A stretch of 64,000 nucleotides of DNA from Polymyxa betae A26-41 (lineage: Eukaryota > Protista > Endomyxa: Phytomyxea), in the NCBI GenBank assembly GCA_003693705.1, contig RBZT01000435.1, positions 62,001 to 126,000 of the forward strand, written 5' to 3'. Of the stretch, positions 33,884 to 45,804 are shown one piece after another. Below the pieces are notes generated by a model that had not been told where the DNA came from, ran no database searches, and saw only the letters and a program-made list of their open reading frames with translations. Every line of letters starts with the position of its first letter. Position 1 is the first letter of the stretch. The position numbers and the translations under genes are program-made.

Positions 33884-36109
33884 ATGCGTCACATGGCCTC
33901 TGTTGAGGACTGTAACATTACTCATTGTTCATTATCGAGTCGAAGATTTTTTCGTACCGATCAGGTAGATTTTCTTCAGGTTCTTCACACTTCCGTTGGG
34001 GAATGCTGCCGCCAATATTTGCTCAAGCGAACCGTCATTCCATCAATGGGAAGAAGGCACCGTTCTTTATTCGGAGATGGAATGCCCTGAGAAGCTTGAA
34101 AGTTCATATCGAACGCGACCAAATTCTTGAGGAAGCTTGGCATGAGTTTTTGCCGGAAGATAAAACGCTTATCGGTCCAAAGGAGGTGGAAACGATGGTG
34201 AAATCATTTCTGATGGCAATTCCTTCTGTTCAACACTTGATCGGGAAGATCCCTGGAGCTTTGATTCAGAATATGATCAATCAACATACCGAGATAATGA
34301 TGAATCGTCTAGTTGGCGATCAAGATCAACGAATGGAGATTCGTCTCAGTTTTCAAGATTTCAAAGCTGTATTTCCCTGTATGTTTACCGTGGCCGGTGT
34401 CGATCGCGAGCGCTCGAACGTGGATTCTGAAAGTACACTGCATGGTCTCGAAGAGCTTGATAAGTCCATGGAGGTAAGTTTCCATTTTGTCATGAACAAG
34501 CACAAGAAGCTGATAGCGATATTGTTCAGCCATTTTCTTCATTCTCTTTGATGGATAGTAACTCCGATCTCTCTGAAAATGTTAGAAAGAGAACATGATC
34601 TCATAGCGTGACTAAAACTATAGTCATAGGTCATTATCGGGATACTGAGAAAGACGCCAAATCAGCGCCTGTTCCAAGAAATCACTTATCTTATCGATCG
34701 TGTTAGTGACTGTTTCATCAAGTATAATCTCTCAAATCAGCAACTACGTAAGATTTTCTTGAACTTGAAGCTACGCTGTCTGAATGCTGGTGAGTACTTA
34801 TGTCTCGAGGTAAGTCAAAAGATCTTCAGAAAATGCTCTCGTTAACATTCGCTTACCAGGGCGATCCGGGAAAAGAATTTTACGTGCTCTTTAGTGGGCT
34901 AATCAGCGTTCGAAAGAAAGGAATCGGTAAATTTGACTCTGAGATCGGCGAAATTCAGAGCGGGACTGCGTTCGGTGAGCTGTCGCTGATGTCGTCTGAC
35001 GGGAATCGACATGCTGGATTGATGGCGAAACGGGATTGCATTCTTGGCGTGCTGGAAGAACTGAGTTTCAGACAATTCATGTTCCCATTCGTTCATAAAG
35101 TCCAGAAAGAGAAGCAGCGATTTTTTCAGAAATTGCCCTACTTCAGCAAAGCTGCTCATAATGCGATTTTCGATATAAGCTACTCAAGTCGTATTACCAC
35201 CATCCCCCCAAAAACCATAATCTATCATCAGAATCAACCAAGCCCGAATGTCGTGCTATTCATTAAAAGCGGGACTGTTCGGTAAGCGGTGTCTAAACCT
35301 TCATCACTGCTGCCATTTACGACGATTCTAGGGTAGTCCGAGAGCTGCTTCCAACCAACATTCCTGTAGTGACAGACACCGACTCGGTGAAATTTGAGAG
35401 TTTTGACGAAGAAATTAAATCTCATCGAAAGTCCATGCTAGCTCGAATGAGCAGCGAAGTGCCTACCGCGCGATCGTTGTCTGGGAGTGTTGACTTTTCA
35501 GCAGATTTTATTGTCTCGAAACATTTATCTCCAGGTCAGCTTCCAGCTATTCCCTCGAGGCGTGCATCAGTGGCAGGGGATCTAGCAAAACTCCCAAGAA
35601 TCAGGTCTTTATCGGTTCGAAAGACGATGGCTATTAATCCAATCACAGAAGTTAGGATGTATTCCTTCAATAGCGCTAGAAGCGAGCACAAAAGAAGAAA
35701 TACGACGGGTTGTATGGCTTCCATACAATCGTACCCACAGCAACAAACCAACCAGAAATCGATTTTTGTTGATATTGCTGTTCTTGGGCCATGGTCGTCA
35801 ATTGGAGGCCCTTTAACGATGGAGAAGAAGAAAACACCGATACCCTGCAGCTTCATCTCCATCGATCATATTGTGGTTTTCGAAGTCTCTATTTATGACA
35901 TCATTCGGCGATTAGACGATTACACGCGCCATTTGCTATCCATCAATCTGTTTCGTTGTCCATCAGATGAAGACATTCGGAGAATGTTGAAGCTGAATAA
36001 GCACTGGTTGAAGTATAGGAAAAATATCAGGAAGATGAAAAAATACGTCGAATTCGTATCTCCAAGGATGGCAAACCCATACATGAATTCGACATTGTAT
36101 AAACAATAA
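33884..36109 (+). CDS. Cyclic nucleotide-binding domain protein (CNBD1/2-like)
   Basis: GEYLCLE|GDPGKEFYVLFSG...GTAFGELSLMSSDGNRHA (cNMP-binding cassette); a second degenerate domain (IIYHQNQPS..FIKSG). Start uncertain. Confidence 0.75.
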
Positions 36110-36116
36110 CAGTCAA

Positions 36117-36343
36117 TTAGGAATGATGTTTGACTTGCCCAGAATGATTGTCCTCGTCTTTAGAGCCCTTGCCGGTCAATTGAGCATACTATCAAGATTC
36201 AATGAGATACCGACTCGCCCAAAAACAGTAATAACCTTTTCGCGAATGTCGCCGACGGCATATCGCTGGATTATAGGAGGTAGAATCACATACCCGACGA
36301 CCGTGATAGATATGGCTGCCGCGAACTGCAATCCCAGACCCAT
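36117..36343 (-). CDS. Putative 59-aa single-pass membrane microprotein (exons 36236-36343, 36117-36188)
   Basis: A 47-nt GT-AG intron joins MGLGLQFAAAISITVVGYVILPPIIQRYAVGDIREK to YAQLTGKGSKDEDNHSGQVKHHS*. Confidence 0.45.
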
Positions 36344-36496
36344 TCCTGCTCCTTTTCGTAAGATAAACCGAATATGCTACTGAAACCAAACATCGCGCAC
36401 CTCAGTATCTTACCCTAACATTACAAGTATCATTTTTAGGGCAGAACGAATTATGTTGGAGTATAATACTCTGTAGCAATTTTATCCTCACTATAA

Positions 36497-39400
36497 ATGC
36501 AAATGACAGATTCAATTCTTTATTTTTCGGGTCGCTTTCATAAGGTTGGAAAAGCGTTGGAAATCTCATCCTTTGTTTTCAGGTTGAAAAGTGCGCCTTT
36601 AGACGCAGAACCCCCATTGCTGTCATTAATCAGGTGGTCATTGCTGGGCATTTACAGACAGTCAGTCCACTATCATATTCGAATCAGTTCATGAATGATG
36701 TCTTACTACCGGCAAATTTCCTCGACATATCTGCTACCGACCCCGATCCGCAGGCCCTTGGGCGACGGTTAGCTTCCCGATTGCAGCATGATTTGCGCAG
36801 CAGCGGCCAGGAATCGCTTTCAGTTCTGCAGCGATTATCGCAGGACATGGGGCGTACTCATTTGAGTTCTCGCATCGCTATTTATTGGTTTATCAAGCAA
36901 ATCACAATATCGTTGATGAACTGTTTAATTGGAGGGCATCGATCCGATAGTGTAACAAGCTGGCGAATATTATCAGCGGCTTTTGATGTTGCTATCAAGC
37001 TGGACGACAAAAACTTGAATCGTGAGCTGATAAAACTGTTATCAGATGTCGCTATCTACAAGAGCACCGTCTTTGATCCCAATTGTAGCCCGCAAGCTTG
37101 CGCCAAATTCCTGAAAAGCTGCACTGGCGATATAGTCACTGAAGAATTCAAGCGACTTAGCCAAAATGGGAAACTTGATGCTGCTTGGAACTTGATTAGC
37201 CTCTATCCATCCGATTCTCCGTCTTGGGACGCTTTACATACCCTCATCGATATGGACAAAGCTGCAGATCCGACCTATTTGCTCAATAACGTATGCGATG
37301 TCTATACACGCTGGACCAGATCTGAAAAGAACCCTGCTGCGATTCCACTTCTTCTATGGGACCGCATGCTAGCTTCGAATGTGTCCAGTACTGGAACGCA
37401 TTTCACTCCTACATTCTCGTCAATCTTCCATTATGATATTAGTCCAGAATCGATCCTCTGTGCAAGGAGAAGGATGTCAGAGGATAAGAACTTATTAGCG
37501 TTTTTGTATATCTTGTACGTGACACTCTCAAGCTGCCCGAATCAAATCCCTTCCATTTACGGTCCATTCCCTCGTCGATTTCCGCAACGTCCTCAAGATA
37601 TGACTTCAAAGAAATTCATCGAAGTCACAAGTGTATTATGTATCTTCGCCTTGTTTTTTGGTGAAAATCAGTTCAGCAATACCGTCCGCGTACTCGGAGA
37701 GTGGGTGAAGAATCCAGGGTCTGAGTTAGCTCATTTGTATGTTCTTATTGAGGGTATTACGAACATCACAGTTATGATGCAAAGATCAAATCGTCCAGCG
37801 AATTATTACATCATGTTGCAGGAACTTTATGGAATTTTGTATAAGGTAATTTGTGAGCAGCCGTCAGCTTTGGATGAGTTTCGTTCAAAGCTGAAATTTG
37901 TCCTAAGTTCCTCACAAAATTTCGCTTGTTTCCATATTCTTGGGCCCTGGTATTTGGAATTGATTTCTCCTAACTCTTCCGCTGGCTCTGATTCTTTGAT
38001 GCTGGCCCAAAACCTGTCATTGATCACAGGCATCGTCAATCCGAACGGCGATAGCATTGGAGGCCAAAAAGAATTGGTTCCGATACTCTCTTCAGTGCTC
38101 AGCCAGCTTGTTAATTGGATTCGATCTCCGAATGGTATCGAAGATTGTGCTTTAGACGAAATCTGCCGTGCTTTCTCAACATTATGTACGAGCTGCTTAC
38201 GTGCTGGTGACAACGAGGCTTTCCGGCTCTCCAAAGAGTTGTTCAACCTTCAGCAGGAATGGCTGATAAGTACACGACCTCGCGTTCGTCTGATTTTGCC
38301 TTCGATTTTGTCTGCTGTACCCGATCTGCCGTATTTTGTCGCCTGCGCTCAGACAACGGAATTTAAGCTGTTGGGGATTTTTGTTAATTGTTTATTTGAA
38401 GTCGTTGAGCCATCATTCGGCGTAGAGCTCAGACGAAAACTGCTTGCGTTCAATGGTTGCTCTCACCTCGAGATCTTGCCGCATTTGAGCGTTCTGGAGT
38501 TCCCTGACCACCAAGAATGGGTCCAATCCCGAATCTTGCTTCTAAAAAACATCGTTGAGCTGATTTTCTCTTGCTACCAAAAGCCATCTTTCTCTGTGAA
38601 CATGAACCGGCAAATGACATATAGCGAGATTTTCGTGGACATTCTACGTATTTGGAATTCCGTTTCTCGTGACGTCAAACCTGCAGAGCGGTTCATCGTA
38701 TGCTCGACAACTGCTCAGATGCTCTCGAGCTTATTGCAGTCATGTACCCCAATTATCTATTGGAAGAATAATCCCCAATACTTAGTGATGATGATCAATC
38801 GACTTATGGAGACCGCAGACACACTGAAAACGCCACAGAAATACATCGGTTCCGCCTTCGACGCGATTGCTCAACTTGATTTCTTAGAAGGTCGTCGGTT
38901 AACCATTTTGGCAACCGAATTGTTTCAAAGCTATTTGCTCTGCTTATCCGCTGAAGATTGGAGCCATTGCTTACATTTTCTGCAATCTCGAAACCGCGTT
39001 GCATTCTTGCAATACGTATTTCAGAAGATCCTTCTCCCGGTATTAAACAGTGCCATATTTTCCGGGCATGATTGCATTGGCGCACAAAGGGGCCGAAGAG
39101 TTCTGGATATTTTCTGCAAACTCGGGTTTCTGGATTCCGAATGCAACCAGATTGTTGTCGCAATATGCCGCATTCTACAACAGCAAAATTATCAGTACTT
39201 GCATTCTTATTCTGTCATATCAATGCATGCTTTATCGCTGTCATTCTTGTTGTCTAGAATGGGACCGCGTTTCTCTGGATCGTTAGCAGATCCGGATGTT
39301 GTCAGATGGATAATCTATCTCTGTCTGGACGATTTTCGGCTCATTTCGTTGAAGTTTGCGGATCATTTCCCAATCAAACGCAACTCTGTTATGGTGGACA

Positions 39401-39867
39401 AATCGGTTTTGATATCCGAAATCAATGCCAACAGAATTGCTCTTCACCAGCATGGCGCTCTAGCAATTGCCAAGCTCTCTCGGTCTCATTATCCGATGCA
39501 CAACGACGTATTCGCAGAGCCCGATAGAATGTCGAATGTCTCATTCTCTACACCTCTCTGGGACGTCATTCCTGCCTTGGTTACTTTGGTGTTCCAGACC
39601 CTTTATGCATATCGACAAATGTGGATTGAACCTGGTCATGTTGTCGACTATCTTTTGAGGACAGTAACTCTTTGCACAAGGAATTTAGAAGTTGTCGAAG
39701 ATCTCACCGTTGAGCGATCGGCTTATCAACATTTCATTTCCAGTTTCACTCAATTTTGCAGCTATTTACCAATTGAACTGGAAAATAATAGGATAGTTCC
39801 TGAATTCCTGAAGCTAAGGCAGGGTTCAGCATTATCATGTTTCTTCCTGGCTAATCATCTAATTTAA
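36497..39867 (+). CDS. Large alpha-helical protein, probable MMS22L homologue
   Basis: 1077-aa open frame plus a short 5' exon; motifs SWDALHTLI, W..NPAAIPLLLWD, SPESIL, LAFLYIL and IYGPFPRRFPQRPQDMT..FIEVTSVLCIFA fall in the same order as remembered MMS22L motifs. Confidence 0.5.
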
Positions 39868-39918
39868 GTTAATTATTCGTGTACCTATGTTAATATTTTA
39901 TAAATTGAAGAATTCGTT

Positions 39919-41506
39919 TTAAAGCGGATCAAAAAAAGACAAGTCGGGCTGTTTCTTGGGAGCTGGCCGTGCGTTCTTATTAGGATTAACTACAAGAGAG
40001 GTCAACAATTCGTCTCCTGAAGCAAATGGATTCGCAGCAGCCGCCTGCGCTGCGTTATCGGGTTTCATCTGTGTATCCAGGATATCGAATGGATTGTCAG
40101 AATTTGGTGCTGTATCTTTGCTCCATTGGTCTTTGGATGAATTTGATTCGTTCGATGTCTTATTTTTGAGCGCTCGTACTTTGTTATTGCTCCTAGGCGG
40201 CGAGATACCTTTGGCGAATGCAACCAGCTCCATATTGTTATGCTCGCTTTTCGATGACGAACCGCTTGCAGCATTGACAAGCCGTTTGTCCTTAGAAAGG
40301 AGTTCGGTTGGTTCTTTCGGATCAATTTCGTTATTATCATCTCCAGAATTCTCCGGCGTTTCTTCCTCAGATTCAGATGCGTATGAGGGCGCCGAAGGTA
40401 AGCTTTCCACACCGAGTATATCTGCAAACTGTGGTTCGACAGCAGAAACACGTTGTCCTTTACCTCGAATTGGCTTAGGCCCAGTGCGTTTCTTTGGTCT
40501 TATCTGGCCAGAGACAACCTTCTTGTAGAACTCCAGAGCCTGGCAAAGCTCATCGTTGACAATCAGCAACTCATTCATCAGTTCTTCGGAAGGATCCGAA
40601 GAAATCCTTTCTAAAATCTTGGACTGAGCTGATTCTAGCTTCGACTTGAGAATCTGGACGATTTCGTTATCCGCCACATTTTCTTCAGAAATTGACTCAT
40701 TCAGAGTGTCCATAAATAATTCAATGTTGGCTAAGCAATCTTGTAGTTTACCGTCCTTCACTGGACCGGATTGTTCTGAGTCCGGATTTGCCCTTGGCTT
40801 CGCTTGGGGTGTAAAGACGGGGGATAACTCATCTTTAAGTGGAACAGGAAAGCTGAAACCTTGTCGTTTCAAGTCATTGTATGTGATTTGGTAAATGTCA
40901 AACGAATTAGAGTGTTGGGCACTTTTACCCCAACTCTCAATTAGAAGCAGTATCTTATCGCGCCTTTGTAATCGGCTAACCTCAGAGACATTTTGCTGCT
41001 GCAACTGAATATGTTGCAGTAACGTCTTTTTTTCTTTCTAGACAACACAGGAATCGTCAGTCAATAACGAAATGGCAAGGTGCATAGAGACCTTCCGGTA
41101 GAGCTCCTTCATCATGGAATCGACAAATTCAGTACTCGTGACATATGGGTGGCAAGCCGGGCAGTTCTTCACAAGAGCCTCAACTAACTAAGAACCGTCA
41201 AATCAGAAAACAAGCTTCTGACATGAACACCCAAGGCGAAAACGTACTGTGAGCGCCAAGAACCCCACGTTTGGGTTCCAATGACGAATTCTTTTGTTGA
41301 AAACTCTGAATACGTGAGGGAGGCTGCAGTACGGAATATGAGGACGAAGAACTTATGGAATTGAGATTCACCAACTATTTCGGCTTATCGTTGCACATGT
41401 CGATAATCTCCATGTTGGCAGCCCAATCGGGTTCCAGCATAAGGGCTCGAGTGGCCGATTTCACTTTCGCCTTCAAGCTGAGATACAGCTGCTCTTCGGA
41501 ATCCAT
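39919..41506 (-). CDS. TOM1-like VHS-GAT endosomal sorting adaptor
   Basis: VHS (ATRALMLEPDWAANMEIID, LALTLVEALVKNC, KILLLIESW, Y..LKRQGFSFP), GAT (EELMNELLIVNDEL) and NPF motifs in the tail. Confidence 0.88.
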
Positions 41507-42214
41507 GCTGGTTCGGTAACGATGACTCAGTCTTTGCCAATGGTTTCGAGGCGTGGGTGGTAGAATATGCTGGGGTTCGCGTGCCTCCCAATAGGTCCAT
41601 GTTGGGCATGGAGGCGGTCTGCTACTAACCCTAGACATTGCAACTAACCAATGCTAAATGGCTGGAGCGGGTCCCGCCAAACCGTTCAAAATGACTGTAA
41701 ATTGTGTAGTTGAGAGAGATAACGGGAAGGGTCACAGTCAAACCTGACAAGCAATGAGATGATCTATATGTGATGTATAATGCGGCGGGCTCGTGGGTTC
41801 CCAGCTGAAAGCGGCGACCGTATTTATCACTAACGGCCGATGATTGACTACTTAGGCGTCATACCAGAAGGATCTTGAATTTTTCCGAGAGAGAGGTTTT
41901 CATTCAATGGTTTTGGTCAATCAACTCGTTCATTAACTATTGAACTTTGCAGGAAATCGGTGCGAAAACAGATGGTCGGGTTACTTTAATAAACAATCGC
42001 TTCACAGACTTCTTCCCGATTCTATTAAGCCGTTTCAATTATCACGCAGGATGATTGACATCAAGTTTTGATCTGACGATCTTAAATAGCGCCGAATGAC
42101 AACATCTCTATATAAGCCGGTCGGCTGATAGTACTGTAGGTGCTGCTGTTGCAGCAATCATCACATCGGTTATTTTTATCTCTGTGTGGCTCAGCACTGA
42201 GAGGTTTGATTGCC

Positions 42215-43045
42215 ATGTTTGCGTGGAGCTGTCGTCAGCTCGTTCGGCCACGCCCATGTCGCCATAACCTTTCCGTCGGTAGAGGCCAAGTGACCATGGA
42301 AAACGCCGATCCGATTCAGATGAAGCTGATGGAGGAAAGGATCGTCCTGGTCGACACCGAGGATAAAGCCCTTGGGCCTGCATCGAAACGCGAATGCCAT
42401 CTGCGAACGAAAGAGAACCCTTCTGGGCGCCTTCACCGAGCATTCAGTGTCTTCCTGTTCGATTCGCAGAATCGATTGCTACTTCAGCGACGCGCCTCTG
42501 CCAAAATTACGTTCCCGAATATGTGGACGAATTCATGTTGCAGCCATCCGCTGTTCAACGAGCGCGAACTTGATGCAACTATGCATATTGGTGTTAAACG
42601 AGCTGCTATTCGGAAACTCGAAGACGAGCTTGGCATTAAAAGCAGAGCGCTGCAACCGGAAGATCTTCGTTTTATAACCCGTATAGAGTATACCGGATTC
42701 CAAGACGATAAATTATGGGTTGAACACGAATGTAAATACTCGGTTATGCATTAAAAAATTCTCAACTGCATTTTAGTGGATTATCTTCTGTTCGGACGTG
42801 CTGATGTCGAGGTCAACGCGAATCCTAATGAAGTCGGTGACTATCGATTTATAACCAAAGACGAGCTGAAGGATTTGCTATTATCACGGGCTAAGCATGA
42901 CATGGTATTCACTCCATGGTTTGATTTGATCTGCAAAGACCACCTGTGGAAATGGTGGGCAGATATCGATAGGATAATGGCTTCAGAACCAAATGATCCC
43001 ATTATCCATCGTTTCGGTGTTTATCAACCACCAAAGTTAAAGTAG
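42215..43045 (+). CDS. IDI1: Isopentenyl-diphosphate delta-isomerase type 1
   Basis: LHRAFSVFLF, LLQRRA..KITFP..WTNSCCSHPL, RKLEDELGI, WVEHE|.DYLL, NPNEV, TPWF. Confidence 0.95.
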
Positions 43046-43073
43046 ACTGCTGAACTTTAATACACTTATGCAG

Positions 43074-45566
43074 TTACGCTCCTTCTACATGGTCCATCTC
43101 GGATTCGTCCAGTTCCCAATCGATCTGATCGACTTCGTTTTTCAGCTCCGAAATCCCGCAAATTTCTTCCAGACGCATTGGGTCGTTAACAATGCTTTCA
43201 ACGAAGTCCCATCCGCTTTCTTTGTATTGACTTAAGACCTACAGAGGATGAAGACAGTGATGATATCGGGGGTACGTCAGCTTACTGTTTCCGAACAAGC
43301 GATGCATCGAGAATATGCGTTGCTTTTAATTATAGCGATATGGAACTGAGCAAGCCAACCTCGCAACTGATGGGGCACAAGCCCTAAAGAGTCTCTTCGA
43401 TTATATGACCATGAGAACGAAGTTCCAGTGGGCGTTGCCTCCGCTTCAGGGTTGTGCAACGTATTTATCGCTATTTCGACCGCTAAAGCCGACGCTATCG
43501 ATCCGACACCTAAACCGATCTATCAAGTTAACTCAAAGGCCATAATAAACAGCTTACCTGGCCTGGTCACTGTACATTGTTTATCTAGTGTCCTATCAGA
43601 AATGCTGTCTCCAGGAGCGCTGATGTCAGCACAAAAATAGCAACCCAGCTTTTCTCTATCTGATTCCATCTAAATCCAGTTAGTTTTTTTCTTCTTTGAA
43701 TGACAGATCTCAACCTGGACCCCATGTCTCATTACTACGAATGTATCGAATCCCAAAGCACAATTAACCAAAAGCTTATTCTTTGCAGCACAGATGACAG
43801 TGGGCAGCCATCTAGACTCGCGTGAATCTGTTAGCAAAAAAACAATATCGCAGTCATCGATGCATTCCTCAAGTAAACGGAAGTCTTTTTTGGCATCTTC
43901 AATCATGCTCGTTCCAAGCGGATGCCCAACCATTGTGATGTTGATAGCATGACCTAGATGAAAAGCGATTTTGGTTGCAATAGACCAAAACTTCACATTA
44001 ACAACCATTGGCATTGATTGAAGGAGATATGTGCCTCATCGCCTCGGCGGCGGCTTCCGCCTTTTTCTTAGACCCAGACAAACAGTCTTCGAAATTGTAC
44101 AACGATTGGCGGGTTGGGTTCGAATATGCAATCGTTCCATTATCAATGAAAGTGAAATTGCAAACACCCTAAGCCAAAGGTATTCAAACGATATTGTAAA
44201 ACCGACAATGACTTTGGGCGTTACCCAAGCAGCAAGATTTCGAGCAACGTCGCAGCCAAGTGTCCCGGCACCCAGAATCAGAACTCTCAATCTAATAATG
44301 CGACATCATCATCCTTTCAACATTGAATAAACACAAATAACCTGTTAAGCATCTCTAATTCAAGAGCAGGAAACTCTCTCCATTTCATCAATCGTAAATT
44401 CAGATTTACACTGGACGATGATAAGCTTTCCGGGTTCATAGCTGAGCCTGGAATGTTATTAAGACTCATGATAACAATAACAATCTGGTCATTACTTAAA
44501 TCTACTAATCTTGGTCCAGGCTTGCCCTTAACATTGAGCTCCCAGCCCGTAGGGATCGGTCTGGGACTCGACAAGGAGACCTCATCATTAACAAGAACTT
44601 TTTCAATGATGGCAACAAACGGGTCGACAGACTTGATGCACATGAATGAAAACCGCTAAAATGCTCAGCTCAACTGCTGAAGGCACAGTTACACATCTTA
44701 CATTGGGTCCGAATTTGAAAACAATCGCAGTAATATAGTTTCTAAGAAACCAGGACGGAAGCGATTCTTCTGAAGTTGGGTCGATCATCGTGAGCATGGT
44801 GCCATCTGGACGGCGAGCAGCGCTCAGACTAGTTGTTTTTACAACATTCCCGGAAGAATCCTGTTCGCAAGCGAAAAACGCATTGGATGATTCTGCCAGA
44901 TAAGAGTTAATGGCATTTTGGGCAGTGAGAGCATTAACAGATTCCTGAACGAAGATATTGGTTTAGTAACTCCAATTGTATTTCAGAAATGGGCCTACCG
45001 AGGACAGACGCAGAACTCGCAATTTAGGGGTAATCGCTGGCAGGCCGAACCAGTATTGGAATTGATACTTCTTGACATCAGCATAGACAACGAAGACGAA
45101 TTGCGAGAGCAGTTTGGGGTTGACCAAAAATTGGTCGTTTTCAATCGCGAGCCAGATTTTCTCTGCACATTCACGTAGGGTTCCTGAAGCATCGAAACAC
45201 TCCCAGCTCTTTGCATTGGGCAGCACTTTCAGCGTTCCGTTCAAAGCCCAGTATCTACCAGCTCTGATCCGTAACCGCTTATAGTTACTGAATACAATAG
45301 AATCAGCACCCTACCGTAGAGAAGGTTCTGCAGATAGGCTGTCTGCACTAAGATTGATATTGGGTGTCTTCTCTCGACTGCATTCATAGAGAGCAAAAAT
45401 GTTCCTATCATCAGACGAATCCTTCCATTCGTTCAAAATCTAGGTTGTCATCAGCAAAGGGCGTCGCGCTCGCTATATCACTAACTTTGTCGGTTAGAGC
45501 GCTCCAAAACGTGACGTCGACCGAGCATCGAGCCCGAATGAAATGCAGCTGATCAGATGATGTCAT
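43074..45566 (-). CDS. ATG7: Autophagy E1-like enzyme ATG7
   Basis: [65 protein letters not shown], catalytic [27 protein letters not shown]. Confidence 0.95.
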
Positions 45567-45614
45567 GACTCTTAGGGTGAGATGCGTAATGACAGCCTCC
45601 GACCAATCTCAATG

Positions 45615-45766
45615 AAGGCTATGTAGCAAGGTAACAATACTCTATGAAAGCTCATCAACAATTTCAAGGCTGTGTAACAATACTCAAGAAACGGCTATGT
45701 AACATAACTTTGACTAAGGCTAGACTAACGTTCTCGTCAAGACGAGGGAGGTTATGTAACAATACT
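45615..45766. promoter_or_regulatory. Repeated GGYTRTGTAAC(AATACT) motif array in the ATG7/PEPD divergent promoter
   Basis: Copies at 45615 (aaggctatgtagc), 45631 (gtaacaatactc), 45666 (aaggctgtgtaacaatactc), 45693 (ggctatgtaaca) and 45749 (aggttatgtaacaatact). Confidence 0.5.
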
Positions 45767-45804
45767 TCATTGACATCCGCGCCTCTGCAAAGTGTAGGTC
45801 GCCA

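Noticed and set aside
45615-45766. CRISPR-like repeat-spacer array
   Set aside because: Repeats are short, imperfect and irregularly spaced; the context is eukaryotic with no cas genes.
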